The notes beneath the pieces are model-generated. The model was not told the DNA's origin. It searched no databases and saw nothing but the letters and a program-made list of their open reading frames with translations. A program made the translations under genes and the position numbers. Source: Bacteroidales bacterium (lineage in GTDB: Bacteria > Bacteroidota > Bacteroidia > Bacteroidales > FEN-979). Taken from it: DNA of 64,000 nucleotides. Shown piece after piece: positions 39,738 through 48,953 of the stretch. Every line of letters starts with the position of its first letter. Positions within the stretch are counted from its first letter, which is position 1. The stretch is taken from positions 43,060-107,059 of the forward strand of contig JALNWG010000006.1 of the NCBI GenBank assembly GCA_023231005.1, written 5' to 3'.

Positions 39738-40925
39738 TTACCCGCAGCTCATTTCACCTGCATTTTTTTTGGCTGAAAGCAGATTATACGCACCCTTGAT
39801 CACGACCTTAGCTGTTTTAATGTCGAGGTCTTTAGGCAATACAACCTCCGTAAAGCCTTCATCCGTGACACCTTTCTGCACTTCAATCATTCGGTATTCT
39901 GTAAACTGCTTTCCATTTTCTTCCTTATTCTTTTCAAAAACAAAAATATAATCCTTGTCATCAAAGCTCACTATTGACTCAGACGGTAAGGCTGTCACTT
40001 CACCTGAGGTAGCTTCAATCATCGCGTTTACATACATGCCCGGAAGAACATTCTTGCAATTACTTTCTACTGTGGCGTAAACTTTATATGTTTTGTCGGC
40101 ATTTACAACTTTTCCTGTCTGGTAAATGATTGCAGCGTGCTGATCTGATTCATTGTTTATAAAGAAACGAATCTTTTGCCCGACTGAAACTTTGTCTGCA
40201 TCTTTTTCAAAAAGTGTGAGTTCGAGATAGAGTTTATTACTATTGACAATCTCGAATAGGATGTCGGTTGGGGCAACATATTTCCCTATATTCACGTTGA
40301 CTGCCTTAATATAACCGGATATTGGGGCAACAACAGCAACAGACCTGGTGATATCGTCTTCATGCAGTTCAGCAGGATTAATGCCGATCATGTTCAGTTT
40401 TTGTTCGAGGGCATGGACCTGAGCTTTCAGACTTTTATAATCGGATGTTACCTGTTGGAGGTTTTTCTGAGAGTATACATCCTCCTTGTATAACTCGGCA
40501 TGTCGCTTATAGTCGGCTTCCGTAAATTCAAGTTTGCTTTTCGCTTCCAGGTAGTTCTGCTGGATGTCAACGAACTCCTGATTTTCCAGAATGGCCAGTG
40601 TCTGTCCTTTGGTCACTGCAATGCCTGGCATCAGGTTGGCGCTTTTGACAAAACCACCAAATGGCATGCATACCGTAGCAAGATTTTCCGGAGATACTCC
40701 GACCAGGCCGGTAACTTTAAGCGTTCCGCTTATGGAACGCATTCCTACCGAACCTGTTTCAATATCGGCTAGTTTGATCTGGTCATCTCTTAACTCCACT
40801 ATATCCTCTGGCAGAACTTCCGCTTCTTTCGTTTCCTGGATGTTTTTTTTTCCTCCATTGCATGAGACCAGGATCGCAATAAATGCTGTCAGAATGAAGG
40901 TTTGTATGAATCGATTTGTTTTCAT
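39738..40925 (-). CDS. RND periplasmic adaptor (CzcB-like membrane fusion protein)
   Basis: 395 aa. Lipobox LVSC, coiled-coil hairpin, barrel-sandwich hybrid motifs. Immediately downstream of the RND pump. Confidence 0.85.
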   Translation of the reverse strand: MKTNRFIQTFILTAFIAILVSCNGGKKNIQETKEAEVLPEDIVELRDDQIKLADIETGSVGMRSISGTLKVTGLVGVSPENLATVCMPFGGFVKSANLMPGIAVTKGQTLAILENQEFVDIQQNYLEAKSKLEFTEADYKRHAELYKEDVYSQKNLQQVTSDYKSLKAQVHALEQKLNMIGINPAELHEDDITRSVAVVAPISGYIKAVNVNIGKYVAPTDILFEIVNSNKLYLELTLFEKDADKVSVGQKIRFFINNESDQHAAIIYQTGKVVNADKTYKVYATVESNCKNVLPGMYVNAMIEATSGEVTALPSESIVSFDDKDYIFVFEKNKEENGKQFTEYRMIEVQKGVTDEGFTEVVLPKDLDIKTAKVVIKGAYNLLSAKKNAGEMSCG

Positions 40926-40937
40926 GATATTTTCAGA

Positions 40938-43900
40938 TTAAAAAATTTTTCCGGTTATAAAATCGAGGTTGATAATGGTCTGATTATAGCTGTTGAGCGC
41001 ATCAAGATAATTTTGCTTGATGCCAAGCGCTCTGTTTAGCGTGATGACATAATCGAGGTAATCCAAGGCTCCTGCCTTGTAGCTCTGGCTTGATTGTTCT
41101 ATGATCATGTCCGCTTCAGGAATGGCTTGCTGTTCATAATAATCAACACTGGTACTGAATTTATTGTATTCATCCAGGAGCGAGCTGTAATTACTTTTCA
41201 GTGCAGCCGTAAAATATTCAGCATTCGTACCGGCAACTTTTTCCTGTAATCTGGCAGCCTTTGTTTTCTGTATTCCAGGACCAAACCAGATCGGGATCCC
41301 AATTCCGGCCTGAAGACCAGTAAACCTGTAAGCGGCATCAAAGGTCCGGGGTACCCCATCGATCTCCTGTGTCCCGATAATGGATTGATTATAATATCCG
41401 ATGCTCAGATCGGGCCACATCCGACTGGCTTCAAGCTGCTTTGTTCTTTGAGCCACTTCCACTTGTTGCCGGATGTAGCCAAGAGATGGATTCTCTGCAA
41501 GGACAGTACTATCCTTCGTTTTTGCGAAACCGATCCGATGCAGGACTGAATCCACTGTATAAACAACCTGACTGGTATTAAGCAGGGTTTGCAATTTTCG
41601 GTAATAGATTCCGACATCGATGTTTACCTGGTGGAGCTGATTTTTAATCTCAAAACTTTGCGAACGGGCGGTGATCATTTCCAGCCTATTTGTCTCTCCG
41701 GACTTTGCCCTGAGATCTGCAGCCCGCAAGAAACCAGAGTATAAACTGTCCTGGTAAACGAGTAAACGCTCCCGGGATAACAGATAAGCCAGTTGCCAGT
41801 AAACCTGCTTAACCTGAATGGCAACCTCAAGCCTGGAACTTTTCAGTTGCCAATCAGCGCTGTTGATATTGGCTTGTGACAATTTATTCTGATTAACATA
41901 CACTGTGGGAAATGCAAAAGACTGTGAAATGGTAAAGCTATTGTCTTTCTGATAGGAGTTAAACTGCCCGTATTGTCCTTCCACCACTGTTTTAGGAATA
42001 TCCCAGGAAGCGCCTTTCAGCGCCTTCTGTACATCTTTAGAATAGGCCGTAGATCGTATTGACAGATTGCTGTCAATGGCAATTTTTATGGCTTCCTGCA
42101 GATTGACTTTTCTTGGATTTTGAGCCTTAGCTGAGATAAAGGCTGAAGGCAGAAAGAAAAGTAACAAGAGCATCAAAGCAGTTACTGATTTCCTTTTAAA
42201 GGAAAACCTGAACCTGCGGGAGAATAGGATATAAAAGACCGGCAGAACCACTAGCGTGAGAAAAGTGGCACTGATCAGCCCGCCAATCACAACCGTCGCA
42301 AGTGGTTTTTGAACTTCAGCCCCTGCCGAGGTCGAGAGAGCCATTGGAAGAAATCCGAGCGAAGCCACGGCAGCAGTCATTATAACCGGTCGTAACCGTG
42401 AATGGAGACCTTTCAAAACACGTTCAGTAATATCCGTTATACCCTCCTTTTCCAGCCGGTTAAATTCTGCGATCAACACGATGCCATTCAGTACCGCAAC
42501 TCCGAAGAGTGCAATAAAACCGACACCGGCAGAAATGGAAAAGTTCATATCCCGTAACCACAACGCAAAGACACCTCCGATGGCCGACATAGGCACTGCG
42601 GTAAAAATGATGAAAGTTTGTTTAACGGAGTGAAATGTAAAAAACAGCAGGACGAATATCAGAAGCAATGCCACTGGGACTGCAACCGCAAGCCTGCTTT
42701 TTGCAGCTTCAAGGTTCTTGAACTGTCCTCCATAAGTAACATAATACCCTGTAGGCAGAATAACCTGTTTATCAATATTTGCAGTGACATCATTGATCAC
42801 ACTTTGAACATCACGGTTTCTTACATTAAACCCTATGGTGATGCGCCGTTTGGTGTCTTCCCGGGAAACCTGGGCGGGACCTGACTTAATGGTTATATCT
42901 GCCACCTGTTCCAGTGGCAATTGCGATCCATTGGGCAGGCCGACTGAAATATTCTTGACATCGTTCAGACTTTGCCTGAAATCCTTGTCAAAACGGACGA
43001 CCAGCCCGAATCTTTTTTCTCCGTCAAAAACCACTCCTGCCTGACTTCCTGCAAATGCTGCACGCAGCACCTTGTTGGCATCATCCACTGAAAGGCCATA
43101 CTGGGCCAACCTGTCACGGTTAAAATCAACCTGGACCTGAGCCAACCCGGTTACCTTCTCAACATTAATGTCCTCAACACCTTCGATCTGCTGAATGATC
43201 TTCTCTAAATCTTCGGCCTTTTCTGCCAACGTTTTAAGGTCATCACCAAATATTTTAATGGCAATATCCTGCTTCGAACCCGTCATCAGTTCGTTGAACC
43301 GCATTTGGATAGGTTGCTGGAATTCAAATTTGACGCCTGCAAGCGGAACCAGCTTTTCTTCCATCTTTTCAACCAGTTCTTCACGGGTTTTTGCAGATGT
43401 CCATTCACTTTTATTTTTCAGGGTGATTACATAATCCCCGGTTTCCATCGGAGTCGGGTCTGTAGGAATTTCTCCTGCTCCAATTTTGCAGACAGTATGT
43501 TTAATTTCCGGGAAATTATTCAAAAGGATCTTATTTGCTTTGATCACGGTCTCTACTGTATTGGATAGTGATCCTCCCTGAAGCGTAATGACACCGGCAG
43601 CCAAGTCCCCTTCTTCGAGCTGAGGAATAAACTCCCCTCCAAGCCGGCTGAACATAAACAGGCTGAAAAGGAAAAGCGCAATGGATAGAGAAACCACAAT
43701 AAACTTATGTTTCAGAGCTAAAGCAATCGTAGGATTAAAAATACTATGGAACCAGTCCATCAAACGGTTGGAAAAATTCCGTTTGTGCTCGGTCTTTTTG
43801 CTAAGGAACAGGGCAGATGCCATCGGAACATAGGTCAGTGACAGAATGGCTGCGCCAAGGAGGGCAAATGCCACAACCTGTGCCATGGGCCGAAACATTT

Positions 43901-45323
43901 TACCTTCGATTCCGATGAGCGCCATGATCGGAAGATAAACGATCAGGATGATGATTTGTCCGAAGGTTGCCGAACTCATCATTCGTTTGGCGGATTCAAA
44001 GACATTTTCATCCATTTGCACCTGAGAAAGTTTTTTAACACCAACATGATGATGGTTGCTCAGGGATATTCGGTGAACAACGCTTTCGACAATGATCACC
44101 GCACCATCCACAATGAGGCCGAAGTCGATCGCTCCAAGGCTCATCAGATTTCCCGAAACACCAAAAAAATTCATCATGGAGATTGCAAACAGCATGGATA
44201 GCGGAATCACTGAGGCTACGATCAATCCGGCTCTGATATTCCCAAGCAGTAAAACCAGAACGAAGATGACGATAAGGGCGCCCTCGATCAGGTTTTGAGA
44301 AACCGTCCCGATTGCCCTGTCAACGAGGTCTGAACGATTCAGGAAAGGTTCAATCTTAACCCCTTTTGGCAGGGACTTCTGAATAGAAACGATGCGGTTT
44401 TCAACATTGTCGATCACCTCATGGGCATTCGCTCCTTTGAGCATCATAACAACCCCGCCAACAGCTTCACTGGTATCAACCACAAAAGCACCGTAACGGG
44501 TGGCGCTTCCGAATTGCACGGTCGCAACATCCCTTATTAAAACAGGGATCCCTGACGGATTATTTCTGACTACGATTTTTTCAATATCGCTTAGTGTTTT
44601 GACAAGACCAATACCTCGAATGAAATAGGCTGTTGGCTTTTTGTCTATGTAAGCGCTGCCAGTGTTCTCGTTGTTCTTCTCAAGGGCTTCAAAAATATCC
44701 GTCAGGGTCAGGTTCATCCCCCTGAGCCGTTCAGGGTTGACAGCGATCTCATATTGCTTGACGAAACCTCCATAACTGTTTATGTCAGCAACACCGGAAG
44801 TGCCAAGCATTTGACGCCGTACGACCCAATCCTCGAGCGTACGAAGTTCCATCGGGGTGTATTTCTTCTCCAATCCTTTGTCGACAACCAGTCGGTACTG
44901 ATAAATCTCCCCGAGTCCGGTACTGATCGGGGCCAGTTCAATTTTAGCCAATCCGGCGGGAATAACGTCCTCAGCTTCTTTAAGCCGTTCGCTAAGTTGC
45001 TGCCTGGCCCAATAGATATTGACATCATCTTTAAAAACGATGGTGACGACCGACAATCCCAGCCGTGAAATTGACCGGAGTTCAATAATGTCGGGGATAT
45101 TGGCGACAGCAACTTCAATAGGCGCTGTTATGAAACTTTCGACCTCCTGCACTGCAAGTGAAGGCGCTAATGAGATGACCTGCACCTGGTTATTCGTTAT
45201 ATCGGGTATTGCATCTATGGGAAGTCGCATCAGGGAATAGGTTCCCCAACCGACCAGTGCCAGAACAAACAGCCCGATAATGAATTTGTTCTTTACTGAA
45301 AAATGAATAATACGTTCTATCAT
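40938..45323 (-). CDS. CzcA-type heavy-metal RND pump fused in frame to a TolC/CzcC-type outer-membrane factor
   Basis: 1461 aa. Residues 1 to ~1040 are RND (GAIDFGLIVDGAVIIVE proton-relay motif). Residues 1043-1067, KRKSVTALMLLLLFFLPSAFISAKA, are signal-peptide-like. Residues 1068-1461 are OMF-like. Confidence 0.85.
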   Translation of the reverse strand: MIERIIHFSVKNKFIIGLFVLALVGWGTYSLMRLPIDAIPDITNNQVQVISLAPSLAVQEVESFITAPIEVAVANIPDIIELRSISRLGLSVVTIVFKDDVNIYWARQQLSERLKEAEDVIPAGLAKIELAPISTGLGEIYQYRLVVDKGLEKKYTPMELRTLEDWVVRRQMLGTSGVADINSYGGFVKQYEIAVNPERLRGMNLTLTDIFEALEKNNENTGSAYIDKKPTAYFIRGIGLVKTLSDIEKIVVRNNPSGIPVLIRDVATVQFGSATRYGAFVVDTSEAVGGVVMMLKGANAHEVIDNVENRIVSIQKSLPKGVKIEPFLNRSDLVDRAIGTVSQNLIEGALIVIFVLVLLLGNIRAGLIVASVIPLSMLFAISMMNFFGVSGNLMSLGAIDFGLIVDGAVIIVESVVHRISLSNHHHVGVKKLSQVQMDENVFESAKRMMSSATFGQIIILIVYLPIMALIGIEGKMFRPMAQVVAFALLGAAILSLTYVPMASALFLSKKTEHKRNFSNRLMDWFHSIFNPTIALALKHKFIVVSLSIALFLFSLFMFSRLGGEFIPQLEEGDLAAGVITLQGGSLSNTVETVIKANKILLNNFPEIKHTVCKIGAGEIPTDPTPMETGDYVITLKNKSEWTSAKTREELVEKMEEKLVPLAGVKFEFQQPIQMRFNELMTGSKQDIAIKIFGDDLKTLAEKAEDLEKIIQQIEGVEDINVEKVTGLAQVQVDFNRDRLAQYGLSVDDANKVLRAAFAGSQAGVVFDGEKRFGLVVRFDKDFRQSLNDVKNISVGLPNGSQLPLEQVADITIKSGPAQVSREDTKRRITIGFNVRNRDVQSVINDVTANIDKQVILPTGYYVTYGGQFKNLEAAKSRLAVAVPVALLLIFVLLFFTFHSVKQTFIIFTAVPMSAIGGVFALWLRDMNFSISAGVGFIALFGVAVLNGIVLIAEFNRLEKEGITDITERVLKGLHSRLRPVIMTAAVASLGFLPMALSTSAGAEVQKPLATVVIGGLISATFLTLVVLPVFYILFSRRFRFSFKRKSVTALMLLLLFFLPSAFISAKAQNPRKVNLQEAIKIAIDSNLSIRSTAYSKDVQKALKGASWDIPKTVVEGQYGQFNSYQKDNSFTISQSFAFPTVYVNQNKLSQANINSADWQLKSSRLEVAIQVKQVYWQLAYLLSRERLLVYQDSLYSGFLRAADLRAKSGETNRLEMITARSQSFEIKNQLHQVNIDVGIYYRKLQTLLNTSQVVYTVDSVLHRIGFAKTKDSTVLAENPSLGYIRQQVEVAQRTKQLEASRMWPDLSIGYYNQSIIGTQEIDGVPRTFDAAYRFTGLQAGIGIPIWFGPGIQKTKAARLQEKVAGTNAEYFTAALKSNYSSLLDEYNKFSTSVDYYEQQAIPEADMIIEQSSQSYKAGALDYLDYVITLNRALGIKQNYLDALNSYNQTIINLDFITGKIF

Positions 45324-45330
45324 AATCTGA

Positions 45331-45567
45331 TTATTTTATATGATGTGTTAGATAGTGTTGAACCCTGCCAATGATACCAAGAAGAAGAATGAAGCATGCC
45401 AGGACTATAAAAAACCATTTAATAACCTGGACAATTCCGATTTTTTTACGCGTTTTCTCTTTTTGTTTTGACTTTTGCCTTGGTTTTTGGCTCATAAAAT
45501 CATTACCAATGATTGAAATATTTGTTCCCGCGATGGGAACTGAATATTTTGACCGCTTAAACGACAA
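45331..45567 (-). CDS. small basic single-TM protein
   Basis: Possible start at 45495 (MSQKPRQKSKQKEKTRKK, then a TM helix, then HYLTHHIK). Sits between the Cys-rich gene and the pump. Confidence 0.35.
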   Translation of the reverse strand: MSFKRSKYSVPIAGTNISIIGNDFMSQKPRQKSKQKEKTRKKIGIVQVIKWFFIVLACFILLLGIIGRVQHYLTHHIK

Positions 45568-45570
45568 ATA

Positions 45571-45933
45571 TCAGAGCGTCCTTTGATGATACAGACACTG
45601 TGTATCATTTGCCGTAAAAGGCAGGAATCCGGATTTAGGAGGGATCAGGAAATCAAAAAGGTCAAGACTATTAAAGTCACGGTGATTTTCATAATAATTG
45701 AAGGCAATGGCTTCTGCCGGAAAAAGTAATGACGTCCCGGAAACATAAAAATTGGCCTGGCAACAGGAACAGGTACAGAAAGGGGAACAATGGTCAACAT
45801 CCTCTTGATGGTCATTTGCCGACTTCTGGGAAAGTTCAACTTTCTGTACTGAATAATGCCTGACTACATCAACGCAGGGAATGCCGCTGAGCAGAATAAT
45901 ATAAAATGACAGAAAAACAGCTAAAGCCTTCAT
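45571..45933 (-). CDS. small membrane-anchored Cys-rich protein (CSPFCxCxCC motif; DUF6660-like by recollection)
   Basis: Start at 45933 (MKALAVFLSFYIILLSGIPC). Motif HCSPFCTCSCCQ, later LIPP. Lies between the Fur gene and the pump. Confidence 0.55.
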   Translation of the reverse strand: MKALAVFLSFYIILLSGIPCVDVVRHYSVQKVELSQKSANDHQEDVDHCSPFCTCSCCQANFYVSGTSLLFPAEAIAFNYYENHRDFNSLDLFDFLIPPKSGFLPFTANDTQCLYHQRTL

Positions 45934-45981
45934 AAATTTTGCGATGCACAAAAGTAAATGAAAATTTATGCAATTAAGTTG

Positions 45982-45989
45982 CAAAGTTA
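45982..45989 (-). promoter_or_regulatory. -7 box TAACTTTG with adjacent palindrome GCAAnnnnnTTGC (45970-45982)
   Basis: Exact TAnnTTTG on the minus strand, overlapping the Fur stop codon. Lies 49 nt upstream of the ATG at 45933. Confidence 0.35.
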
Positions 45990-46400
45990 TCTGCGGCAGT
46001 TTGCGCAGATCCCTTTGACTACCATATTGATACTTTGGAGATCAAAATTAACAGGAAGGGAGACTGAAGGGACAGGGATTTCGTTTAGACAATAGGTTTT
46101 CTGACACATCGTGCAGAAGAAGTGAACGTGAAGCTCTGCGGGGTTGCATTGACAAGTATCTGTACACATGGCATACTTTACAGATCCCGAGCCATCATCG
46201 ATACTATGTATGATCTTATTTTCTTCAAAGGTCTTCAGGGTGCGGTAAAGGGTGACTTTATCTGCTTTTTCAAACTTTTGTTCCAGGTCTGAGAGACTGA
46301 TCGCAGTGGTCTGTTTGATTAAGACATCCAGCACTAACTCTCGCATAGCGGTAGGCTTGACATTCTTACTGTTGAGTTTATCATCTATCGGGATTTTCAT
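45987..46400 (-). CDS. Fur-family metalloregulator (Zur-like context)
   Basis: 137 aa. Winged-helix PTAMRELVLDVL...VTLYRTLKTFEE, HVHFFC, and two CxxC pairs (CTMC, CANC). Confidence 0.8.
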   Translation of the reverse strand: MKIPIDDKLNSKNVKPTAMRELVLDVLIKQTTAISLSDLEQKFEKADKVTLYRTLKTFEENKIIHSIDDGSGSVKYAMCTDTCQCNPAELHVHFFCTMCQKTYCLNEIPVPSVSLPVNFDLQSINMVVKGICANCRR

Positions 46401-46422
46401 AATTCTGTGTTATTGAAGTGCC

Positions 46423-46430
46423 AAATTTAC
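46423..46430 (-). promoter_or_regulatory. -7 box TAAATTTG upstream of the Fur-family gene (head of cassette 1)
   Basis: Exact TAnnTTTG on the minus strand, 22 nt before the ATG at 46400. It sits in the 63-nt gap after the phage gene. Confidence 0.4.
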
Positions 46431-46463
46431 GAAAATCAATTATTTGAGTGAAACGATAAAATC

Positions 46464-46982
46464 TCAAATGGCAATCCAAATAGATGAGTCAAACTGCAAA
46501 TCAAGACAATCCAGTAGTTTGAAAGAATACATCACCCCGTAATCATTATCAAAAACAGGCCCCAGCATCTCATAACTCACCGAATTGATATTGAACCCCG
46601 GAATAGCTTTCACGATAAGCAGTTCACATTTCATATGATCATGCAGCATCCTGGCAATGATATCAGTCCCTATCTGCTTCATTTTTTCGAGAATCAATAA
46701 CTCGCCGGAAAAATCATCAATCTGATCGAGATGGCCGATAATCAGGAAACCGGCATTGATCGAATCTAAGATATTATCCAGGTTTGAAGCTTCAAAATTT
46801 CCGGAGAGGCTTGTCAGGATCAGGGCAGGGTATTTGATGTTTGACCGAAGGGCAGCAAGCGGCTCGTTGATGTCCATCATGTAAAAATCATTGATTTCTT
46901 TATGTTCCCTGGCAAGGGTGCGGAAATACTCAACGTAGCTGTTAATGTCGGTCATAGGAATCGATCTTATGCATATACTCAT
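46464..46982 (-). CDS. phage-block hypothetical protein
   Basis: 172 aa (alternative start MTDINSY at 46955). Overlaps the upstream gene end. Part of the tightly coupled 51974-46464 block. Confidence 0.4.
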   Translation of the reverse strand: MSICIRSIPMTDINSYVEYFRTLAREHKEINDFYMMDINEPLAALRSNIKYPALILTSLSGNFEASNLDNILDSINAGFLIIGHLDQIDDFSGELLILEKMKQIGTDIIARMLHDHMKCELLIVKAIPGFNINSVSYEMLGPVFDNDYGVMYSFKLLDCLDLQFDSSIWIAI

Positions 46983-47748
46983 GATACTCTTTCGCCTTCT
47001 TGTTTAACCCGATGAAAACATTGTAAAGGTTTGAATTCATTACCGTTTCGAGGCTCTTGTCATCGGTCTTGCCATCGGCCAGGGAGATGATGAGCGATGC
47101 CCAACCATTATCTTCGCTTCCGGTGCCACCTTGTTGTTCATAAACATAAGGATACAGCAGGGGCAATGAATTCAGAACACCGGAAAAGAAAAGGAATATG
47201 GAGTACTTGACTTCATAATCCAGTTTGGCAATTCTTTGGCACCGATGTTTCAACGATCGGTTGGCAAACTTTTTCCGAGGATCTTGGTTATCGGTAAAAG
47301 ACTTCCGGATGAGCCAAAACCATTTCCTTGGCCGGTAAAAAACTGCCACCATTTCATCGAGGTATTTTTGCTCCTTTGTTTTTGAAAAGGAATCGAGCAG
47401 GGAATTGGCCATTGTGAATTCCCCAAAGGTGCAGTTCATCATGGCATCCGCAGGGCCAAAGTATTTTCTTCTGCCGGTTCGTAGGACAGGGAGTAGATTT
47501 TGGGTCAGTGAGACTTCTTTGAATAGGAAATCGAGGCTTTCACAAAGGAAATATGCGTCATCATAATGGATTCGTTTGAGAACCTTCTGTTTGAGAGAAA
47601 GGAACTTTAAAAGCACCCTGAGCTTAAAATCCATCATGGTGAGTTGGCCCTGAAACAGACGGCTGACATACAAAACTTGTTTTCTGGTCAGCTCATTCCA
47701 ATCAGAAGGCATTAAAAATGATTTACCATCTATTTCAACATGGTTCAT
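46942..47748 (-). CDS. phage-block hypothetical protein
   Basis: The ATG at 47748 (MNHVEIDGKSF) overlaps the upstream stop (ATGA). No motif recognised. Confidence 0.4.
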   Translation of the reverse strand: MNHVEIDGKSFLMPSDWNELTRKQVLYVSRLFQGQLTMMDFKLRVLLKFLSLKQKVLKRIHYDDAYFLCESLDFLFKEVSLTQNLLPVLRTGRRKYFGPADAMMNCTFGEFTMANSLLDSFSKTKEQKYLDEMVAVFYRPRKWFWLIRKSFTDNQDPRKKFANRSLKHRCQRIAKLDYEVKYSIFLFFSGVLNSLPLLYPYVYEQQGGTGSEDNGWASLIISLADGKTDDKSLETVMNSNLYNVFIGLNKKAKEYHEYMHKIDSYDRH

Positions 47749-48257
47749 GGCAGTAATTTCCTTTTGATATAGAAACGGATCAATTTTATTGCAACAATTA
47801 TGACAATGACAACCCAGGCAATCCCTCCCGACCAAATCAGAAAGTTCTGAAAACCGGTGACTTTATACACCGGCTTTTCAATTGTCTTTGATTCAATCCT
47901 GGATTCCCGGATGTGAGTTTCTTTCCAGGAAAAATAGATCGAGCTGCTGTCGATCTTTGCGCCTGTGGTCAAAACATTATTCTGAACCGAAAAGAATGGA
48001 ATAACCCGCTTTCCCGGTTTTATGGAAAGAATCTCTTTCACAACCACTTTCCCATCCCGGCATTCCAACAGTGCTTTGAGCAAGCCGCTGTCTGCCGGCA
48101 ACGGAATCAGGGAATCTTTAACGGAAGTTACTGTATCGTGCTGCACAAAGACAGTCGATCGTTCGGCGACAGGATATCTTTCAGCACATCTTTTTTCAGT
48201 AATGCAGCCGGACATCAAGGCGGCCAGAAGTAGGATCAGAAAACCCGGTTTTATCAT
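47745..48257 (-). CDS. unimolecular-spanin-like protein (N-terminal lipoprotein signal plus C-terminal TM)
   Basis: MIKPGFLILLLAALMSGC lipobox. C-terminal TM FLIWSGGIAWVVIVIIVAI followed by KLIRFYIKRK. The start overlaps the endolysin stop (ATGA). Confidence 0.45.
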   Translation of the reverse strand: MIKPGFLILLLAALMSGCITEKRCAERYPVAERSTVFVQHDTVTSVKDSLIPLPADSGLLKALLECRDGKVVVKEILSIKPGKRVIPFFSVQNNVLTTGAKIDSSSIYFSWKETHIRESRIESKTIEKPVYKVTGFQNFLIWSGGIAWVVIVIIVAIKLIRFYIKRKLLP

Positions 48258-48775
48258 GCTATGAATTTAAAATTGTTCAATCGGTTCATCCATCCATTGA
48301 AGAATTTGATCTGGTCAGGATGATTCTTTACCAGTTCTTCAATAAAGACCTTTCTTGCCTGGAAAATAGCAGCATGAAGTCCGCGCTGGTTGACGTTGTT
48401 GACAGCAAACAGGGTTGCAGTTCCGACGATTCCATCATCAGGAACTTTCAGCAACCGTTGCGGAATGACAATGCCCCATTTTCCGCTGCCCCAGACCCAG
48501 TCAACCAGAATTTCCGCAATGCTTTGATTGGTAACCTGGTCACCTTTCCACCGGTTCCAGTAATTCAATCTCAGGACTTTGACAGCATCTGCTTTGGAAA
48601 GGAGCTTGATATCCTCACAGTCAATGTCTCCATCTGCGTCTTTGTCATAGCCAACCTGTCGCCAAGTGGCCAGGGTTACGCCCATGTTCGTTGCTCCTCC
48701 CCTATCTTTGGGATCATTAACAAACCCGCCTTCAAATCGAAGGATCTTCGGGGCAAATAATTCGAGCTTTGCCAT
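48254..48775 (-). CDS. endolysin, GH108 N-acetylmuramidase with PG_binding_3-like C-terminus
   Basis: FEGGFVNDPKDRGGATNMGVT is the GH108 signature. C-terminal DGIVGTATL. The start MAKLELF at 48775 is preferred over the track start at 48805. Confidence 0.85.
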   Translation of the reverse strand: MAKLELFAPKILRFEGGFVNDPKDRGGATNMGVTLATWRQVGYDKDADGDIDCEDIKLLSKADAVKVLRLNYWNRWKGDQVTNQSIAEILVDWVWGSGKWGIVIPQRLLKVPDDGIVGTATLFAVNNVNQRGLHAAIFQARKVFIEELVKNHPDQIKFFNGWMNRLNNFKFIA

Positions 48776-48776
48776 A

Positions 48777-48947
48777 TTACTTTTTAAATGATGGGTCTTT
48801 GACAAAGATCAGGGCGAAGCAAACCGGGGCAAATACCACGTATTCGCTCAATGTTGCCTTGCCGATTCCGACCAGCGCTAAACCACCGGCCAGCATCAGG
48901 ATGCCTGTCAGGGTGGTTTTCCAATTCTTAAAAATTCTCTCTTTCAT
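48777..48947 (-). CDS. holin candidate (56 aa, two TM helices), not in the ORF track
   Basis: Hand translation: MKERIFKNWKTTLTGILMLAGGLALVGIGKATLSEYVVFAPVCFALIFVKDPSFKK*. The stop lies 1 nt before the endolysin ATG. Confidence 0.5.
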   Translation of the reverse strand: MKERIFKNWKTTLTGILMLAGGLALVGIGKATLSEYVVFAPVCFALIFVKDPSFKK

Positions 48948-48953
48948 ATTTTT

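Noticed and set aside
42123-42197. The CzcA-CzcC fusion as two genes separated by an overlooked stop or frameshift.
   Set aside because: The given sequence is continuously in frame through the junction, checked by hand around 42120-42140. A sequencing error cannot be excluded, so this is kept as a finding with that caveat.
34796-46470. Short similarity flanking cassette 1: TAAAATC...AAATGG just downstream of the stops at 34826 and 46464.
   Set aside because: These are only 6-7-nt AT-rich matches with different spacing, which is within chance expectation. They are much weaker than the 16-mer plus hairpin bracket of cassette 2.
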